A stretch of 64,000 nt of DNA, taken from NCBI GenBank assembly GCA_036563805.1, contig DATCLS010000058.1, positions 25,911-89,910 of the forward strand, written 5' to 3'. This stretch comes from Acidimicrobiales bacterium. Lineage in GTDB: Bacteria; Actinomycetota; Acidimicrobiia; Acidimicrobiales; VFJN01. Below the pieces are notes generated by a model. The model was not told the DNA's origin and searched no databases. It saw only the letters and a program-made list of their open reading frames with translations. Position 1 is the first letter of the stretch. Each line of letters opens with the position of its first letter. Of this stretch, positions 59,946 through 64,000 are shown in pieces. A program made the position numbers and the translations under genes.

Positions 59946-60716
59946 GTGAGCCGCCCGTTCGCCGCCGGTGAGCACGTTCTCCTCGTCGACGCCAAGCGGC
60001 GGCGTTACCTCGTGACGCTCGAGCACGGCGGGGAGTTCCACACCCACGCCGGGGTCCTGCCCCACGACGACCTGATCGGGGCGAGCGAGGGCTCGACGTT
60101 CCGCTCGACCCAGGGGGCCACGTTCCTGGCCATCCGGCCGACGCTGGCCGAGTTCGTGCTGAAGATGCCGCGGGGCGCCCAGGTCATCTACCCCAAGGAC
60201 CTCGGGCCGATCCTGATGCTGGCCGACGTGTTCCCCGGGGCCCGGGTGCTCGAGTCGGGCGTGGGCTCGGGGGCGCTCTCGATGACGCTGGTGCGGGCCG
60301 GGGCCGACGTGGTCGGCTACGAGCTGCGCGAGGACTTCGCCAACCGGGCGACGCGTAACGTCCGGGCGTTCCTCGGGCCGAAGGCGCTCGACTCGTACCG
60401 CGTCGAGGTGCGCGACGTGTACGAGGGCATCGACGAGACCGACCTCGACCGGGTCGTCCTCGACCTGCCCGAGCCGTGGCGGGCCGTGAAGCACGCGGCC
60501 GGCGCGCTGCACCGGGGCGGGGTGCTCGTCGCCTACACGCCCCAGATCACCCAGGTCATGGCGCTGCGGCGCGAGCTGGCGGCCCAGGGCTTCGGCATGG
60601 CCGAGACGATCGAGGTGCTCAACCGCGGTTGGCACATCGAGGGCCAAGCGGTGCGGCCCGACCACCGGATGGTGGCCCACACCGGCTTCCTGACGAGCGC
60701 CCGGCTGCTGGGCTAG
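59946..60716 (+). CDS. trmI: tRNA (adenine58-N1)-methyltransferase
   Basis: FAAGEHVLLVDAKRRRYLVTL.., RGAQVIYPKD, VLESGVGSGALS. Confidence 0.9.
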   Translation: MSRPFAAGEHVLLVDAKRRRYLVTLEHGGEFHTHAGVLPHDDLIGASEGSTFRSTQGATFLAIRPTLAEFVLKMPRGAQVIYPKDLGPILMLADVFPGARVLESGVGSGALSMTLVRAGADVVGYELREDFANRATRNVRAFLGPKALDSYRVEVRDVYEGIDETDLDRVVLDLPEPWRAVKHAAGALHRGGVLVAYTPQITQVMALRRELAAQGFGMAETIEVLNRGWHIEGQAVRPDHRMVAHTGFLTSARLLG

Positions 60717-60774
60717 GGCGACAGGCTGGGGACGGGAGGGAGACGACGGCGGGCGCGGGGAGAACGAAGAGATC

Positions 60775-61932
60775 ATGATGCTCGATCTGCTGCTCGTCGC
60801 CGCCGGCATCGGGGCGGCCGTCGGCGGCTACCGGCTGGGCTTCCTCGCCCGTGTGACGTCGTGGCTGGGGCTGGCCCTCGGCGTGCTCGTCGGCACGCTG
60901 CTGCTGCCCGAGATCCTGGAGCGGCTCGAGGACGCCAGCGACGCCACCATCGCGTTCGTCGCCATCTGTGCGCTGGCCGGCACCGCGCTGATCGGGCAGG
61001 CGGCGGGCCTGGTGCTCGGGTCCCGCATGCACATCGCGCTGCCGGCCGGGCCGGCCCGCACCACCGACCGGGTGGCGGGCGGCGTCGCCGGCGTGCTCGG
61101 CATGCTCGTCGGCCTGTGGCTGCTGCTGCCCACGCTGGGCGACATCCCCGGCTGGACGTCCGAGCAGGCCCGCAGCTCGGTCATCGCCCGGGCCGTGAGC
61201 CACCGGTTCCCACCGGCGCCCGACACGATCCAGGCACTGCGCCGGCTGGTGGGCGACGACCCGTTCCCGACCGTGTTCGACCGCCTGACCCCCGCCCCCG
61301 AGGTGGGGGCGCCGCCGGTGTCGACCGGGCTGTCGCAGGCCACGGTCGACGCCGTGATGCCGTCGATCGTCAAGGTCGAGGGCGAGGCGTGCGGCCGCAT
61401 CCAGGAGGGGAGCGGCTTCTTCGTGACCGAGACCCTGGTCGTCACCAACGCCCACGTCGTCGCCGGCGAGGACGACACCGACATCGAGCTGTCCGACGGA
61501 CGCGACGCGGACGCCACCGTGGTGGCGTTCGACCCGGTGCGCGACCTGGCCATCTTGCGCAGCGAGGTGGCGGGGCCGCCCCTGCCGCTCGATGGGGCCG
61601 AGGTCGGCGACACCGGGGGCGTGTTCGGCCACCCGGGCGGCGGGCCGCTCGAGATCAGCCCGTTCCAGGTGGGCGACCAGATCACGGCCCAAGGCCGCGA
61701 CATCTACGACCGGGGAGCGAGCGAGCGCGAGGTGCTGGTGCTGGCGGCCAACCTGGCACCGGGCGACTCGGGCTCGGCGCTGATCGACCCCGACGGCGAG
61801 GTGATCGGCGTGGCGTTCGCCATCGCCCCCGACGAGCCGGGGGTGGCCTACGCGCTGGCCATCGAGGAGCTCCAAGCCGTGCTGGCCGGCGACCTCAGCG
61901 TCGAGCGCGACACGGGGGAGTGCCTGATCTGA
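60775..61932 (+). CDS. MarP-like membrane serine protease (CvpA-type TM domain + trypsin-like S1 domain)
   Basis: Four TM helices, then TNAHVV (His), DLAIL (Asp), GDSGSAL (Ser). Confidence 0.85.
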   Translation: MMLDLLLVAAGIGAAVGGYRLGFLARVTSWLGLALGVLVGTLLLPEILERLEDASDATIAFVAICALAGTALIGQAAGLVLGSRMHIALPAGPARTTDRVAGGVAGVLGMLVGLWLLLPTLGDIPGWTSEQARSSVIARAVSHRFPPAPDTIQALRRLVGDDPFPTVFDRLTPAPEVGAPPVSTGLSQATVDAVMPSIVKVEGEACGRIQEGSGFFVTETLVVTNAHVVAGEDDTDIELSDGRDADATVVAFDPVRDLAILRSEVAGPPLPLDGAEVGDTGGVFGHPGGGPLEISPFQVGDQITAQGRDIYDRGASEREVLVLAANLAPGDSGSALIDPDGEVIGVAFAIAPDEPGVAYALAIEELQAVLAGDLSVERDTGECLI

Positions 61933-62039
61933 TCTGAGCCCCGCCGGGAGGTCCGGCGGCGCGGCCCGCGCATCCCGTGGGCCGGCGCGGCCGGGGCGGA
62001 CGCGGCCGCCGCGCCGGGCGGCCGGTGCCCGGACGCGCG

Positions 62040-62077
62040 ACGGGCGACTGCCCGTCGCGAGGCAGTCGCCCGTGTTT
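62040..62077. terminator. 13-bp perfect-stem hairpin between the convergent marP-like and ferredoxin genes
   Basis: acgggcgactgcc cgtcgcga ggcagtcgcccgt, followed by gttt on the plus strand. Confidence 0.55.
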
Positions 62078-62093
62078 CGGCGGCCTTACAGGC

Positions 62094-62330
62094 TCATTCG
62101 ACCTCGATGAAGATGCACTCGCCGGGGCACTCCTCGGCGGCCTCGATCACCGCCTCTTCCTGGCCACTGGGGACGTTCGCGAGGCCCTCGGCGCCGCCTG
62201 GATCGGAGAAGACCTTGTCGCCTTCCTTGACGTAGGCAAGGCCGTCGTCCAGCAGGGTGAACACATCGGGCGCGATCTCCTCGCACAGCCCGTCGCCCGT
62301 GCAGAGATCCTGGTCGATCCAGACCTTCAT
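62094..62330 (-). CDS. small ferredoxin
   Basis: 78 aa; MKVWIDQDLCTGDGLCEEIAPDVF...CPGECIF. Confidence 0.85.
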   Translation of the reverse strand: MKVWIDQDLCTGDGLCEEIAPDVFTLLDDGLAYVKEGDKVFSDPGGAEGLANVPSGQEEAVIEAAEECPGECIFIEVE

Positions 62331-62566
62331 GGCTGTGCTCGCTCCTGGCTCGAGAAGACGTAGACCGTGGGGGTGCGGCGGCGGTCCGTGTCAACCACCG
62401 ACGTTGGCCGTAGCCTAGCCAACCCGCCGATAAACACGGCAAGTTCGGGGGAAACTCCCGGATGCCGCACGGGGATCAGCTCCGCCGGACGGCGCCCGGG
62501 CCGGTGTAGGGTCCGAACAAGGACACGAGCGAGCGACGGATCGAGCAGATCGAGGAGGTGGTCACC

Positions 62567-64000
62567 GTGGGCGAGCGAAGCGACGAGGGTTCGGAAGTCG
62601 AGCGTGACGTCGACGAGGCGGCCCTGAGGGACCAGGTCCGCGCCCTCGAGGAGGAGGTGCTCTCCCTCCGCCAACGCCTCCAGGACGCCCCCAAGCGCGT
62701 GCGCGCGCTGGAGGAGCGGCTGCTCGAGACCAAGGGACAGCTCGCCCAGGCGGTGGCCCAGAACGAGAAGCTCAGCTACACGCTGCGCGAGGCGCGCGAG
62801 CACATCGCCGCCCTCCGCGAAGAGGTCGACAAGCTGACCCAGCCGCCCTCGGCCTACGGCACGCTGCTCGGCGTCAACGAGGACGGCACGGTCGACGTGT
62901 TCTCCGGCGGGCGCAAGATGCGCGTCGCCGTCCACCCGGCGCTCGACACCGAGGAGCTGATCCGCGGCTCCGAGGTCGTCCTCAACGAGTCGCTCAACGT
63001 CGTGCTCGCTCGCTCGCCCGAGACCCACGGCGAGGTCGTCACCATCAAGGAGCTGCTCGACGACAACCGGGCCATCATCGTGGGCCGGGCTGACGAGGAG
63101 CGGGTGACCGAGATGTCCGACCGGCTGGCCAACGAGCGGCTCCGGTCGGGCGACTCCGTGCTGATGGACTCGCGCTCGGGCCTGCTGCTCGAGAAGCTGC
63201 CCCGTCCCGAGGTCGAGGAGCTCGTGCTCGAGGAGGTGCCCGACATCTCCTACGAGGACATCGGCGGCCTCGACGAGCAGATCGAACAGATCGCCGACGC
63301 GGTCGAGCTGCCGTTCCTCCACCAGGAGCTGTTCGCCGAGCACAAGCTGCCGGCGCCCAAGGGCATCCTGCTCTACGGCCCGCCCGGCTGTGGCAAGACG
63401 CTCATCGCCAAGGCCGTGGCCAACAGCCTGGCCAAGAAGGTGGCGGCGGCCAACGGCGGCAAGACGGCCAAGAGCTACTTCCTCAACATCAAGGGCCCCG
63501 AGCTGCTCAACAAGTACGTGGGCGAGACCGAGCGGCAGATCCGCCTCGTGTTCCAGCGGGCCCGGGAGAAGTCCGAGGAAGGCTGGCCGGTCATCGTCTT
63601 CTTCGACGAGATGGACTCGATGTTCCGCACCCGGGGGTCGGGCATCAGCTCCGACGTCGAGTCGACGATCGTGCCGCAGCTGCTCGCCGAGATCGACGGC
63701 GTCGAGTCGCTGCGCAACGTGATCGTGATCGGCGCCTCCAACCGCGAGGACCTGATCGACCCGGCCATCCTCCGGCCCGGGCGCCTCGACGTGAAGATCA
63801 AGATCGAGCGGCCCAACGAGGCGGCCGCCGCCCAGATCTTCGCCCGGTACCTCACGCCCGACCTGCCGCTCGACCCCGACGCCGTGCGCGAGCTGGGCGG
63901 GGGCGACCCGGCCAAGTGCGTGCAGGCGATCATCGAGCGGACGGTCGAGGAGATGTACCGGACCGACCGCGACAACGAGTTCCTCGAGGTCACCTACCAG
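62567..64000 (+). CDS. arc: proteasome-associated AAA ATPase ARC/Mpa, N-terminal 478 aa; continues beyond the window
   Basis: My own translation from the GTG at 62567 (SD GAGGAGG 8 nt upstream). Coiled coil, OB domains, Walker A GPPGCGKT, Walker [10 protein letters not shown]. Absent from the ORF track because there is no stop in the window. Confidence 0.95.
   Translation, partial: MGERSDEGSEVERDVDEAALRDQVRALEEEVLSLRQRLQDAPKRVRALEERLLETKGQLAQAVAQNEKLSYTLREAREHIAALREEVDKLTQPPSAYGTLLGVNEDGTVDVFSGGRKMRVAVHPALDTEELIRGSEVVLNESLNVVLARSPETHGEVVTIKELLDDNRAIIVGRADEERVTEMSDRLANERLRSGDSVLMDSRSGLLLEKLPRPEVEELVLEEVPDISYEDIGGLDEQIEQIADAVELPFLHQELFAEHKLPAPKGILLYGPPGCGKTLIAKAVANSLAKKVAAANGGKTAKSYFLNIKGPELLNKYVGETERQIRLVFQRAREKSEEGWPVIVFFDEMDSMFRTRGSGISSDVESTIVPQLLAEIDGVESLRNVIVIGASNREDLIDPAILRPGRLDVKIKIERPNEAAAAQIFARYLTPDLPLDPDAVRELGGGDPAKCVQAIIERTVEEMYRTDRDNEFLEVTYQ

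Overview
High-GC (about 70% or more by eye) actinobacterial-type chromosomal window, densely coding. I support about 66 protein genes plus 2 candidate mini-ORFs. Reading by eye, I saw no rRNA, tRNA, CRISPR array, transposase or integrase.

Most of the window is core metabolism and housekeeping:
- a 5-gene peptide/nickel-type ABC importer
- a GGT / RpiR / aldehyde dehydrogenase / aminotransferase cluster
- a fused 2-oxoacid dehydrogenase E1 alpha/beta gene
- pyruvate kinase
- an ECF42-type sigma factor with YCII and DHFR-like partners
- a MarR / PLP-decarboxylase / MobA group
- RNase D and a GH13 alpha-glucosidase
- FbiC (F420 biosynthesis)
- tkt-tal-pgl followed by an adenylate cyclase
- FIST, an acyl-CoA desaturase, and a split ADP-forming acetyl-CoA synthetase
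- DacB, TrmI, a MarP-like protease, a ferredoxin, and the 5' part of the proteasome ATPase ARC

Many long Arg/Pro/Gly-rich ORFs in the supplied track are out-of-frame or antisense shadows of real genes.

Two things stand out.

1. Leaderless architecture. About two dozen genes have a TANNNT or CANNNT hexamer 6-9 nt upstream of the ATG/GTG. This let me re-assign several start codons.

2. A poorly explained islet at about 28.4-30.6 kb, between a conserved DUF3151 gene and the ECF sigma module. It contains:
- helically phased GTCAC/GCCAC repeats
- a 13-bp tandem repeat
- a small beta-rich protein with a strong Shine-Dalgarno (SD) sequence
- an orphan 54-aa ribbon-helix-helix (RHH) protein that is absent from the ORF track
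- two candidate leaderless mini-ORFs abutting or overlapping the starts of the RHH gene and of a 310-aa three-TM protein
- a 320-bp untranslated C-tract spacer

I rank this islet as the best candidate for something undescribed, but its function is inference only. A second odd spot is an AT-richer patch at 39993-40339. It encodes a 61-aa basic/acidic CxxC...HxxxC mini-protein with atypical codon usage.
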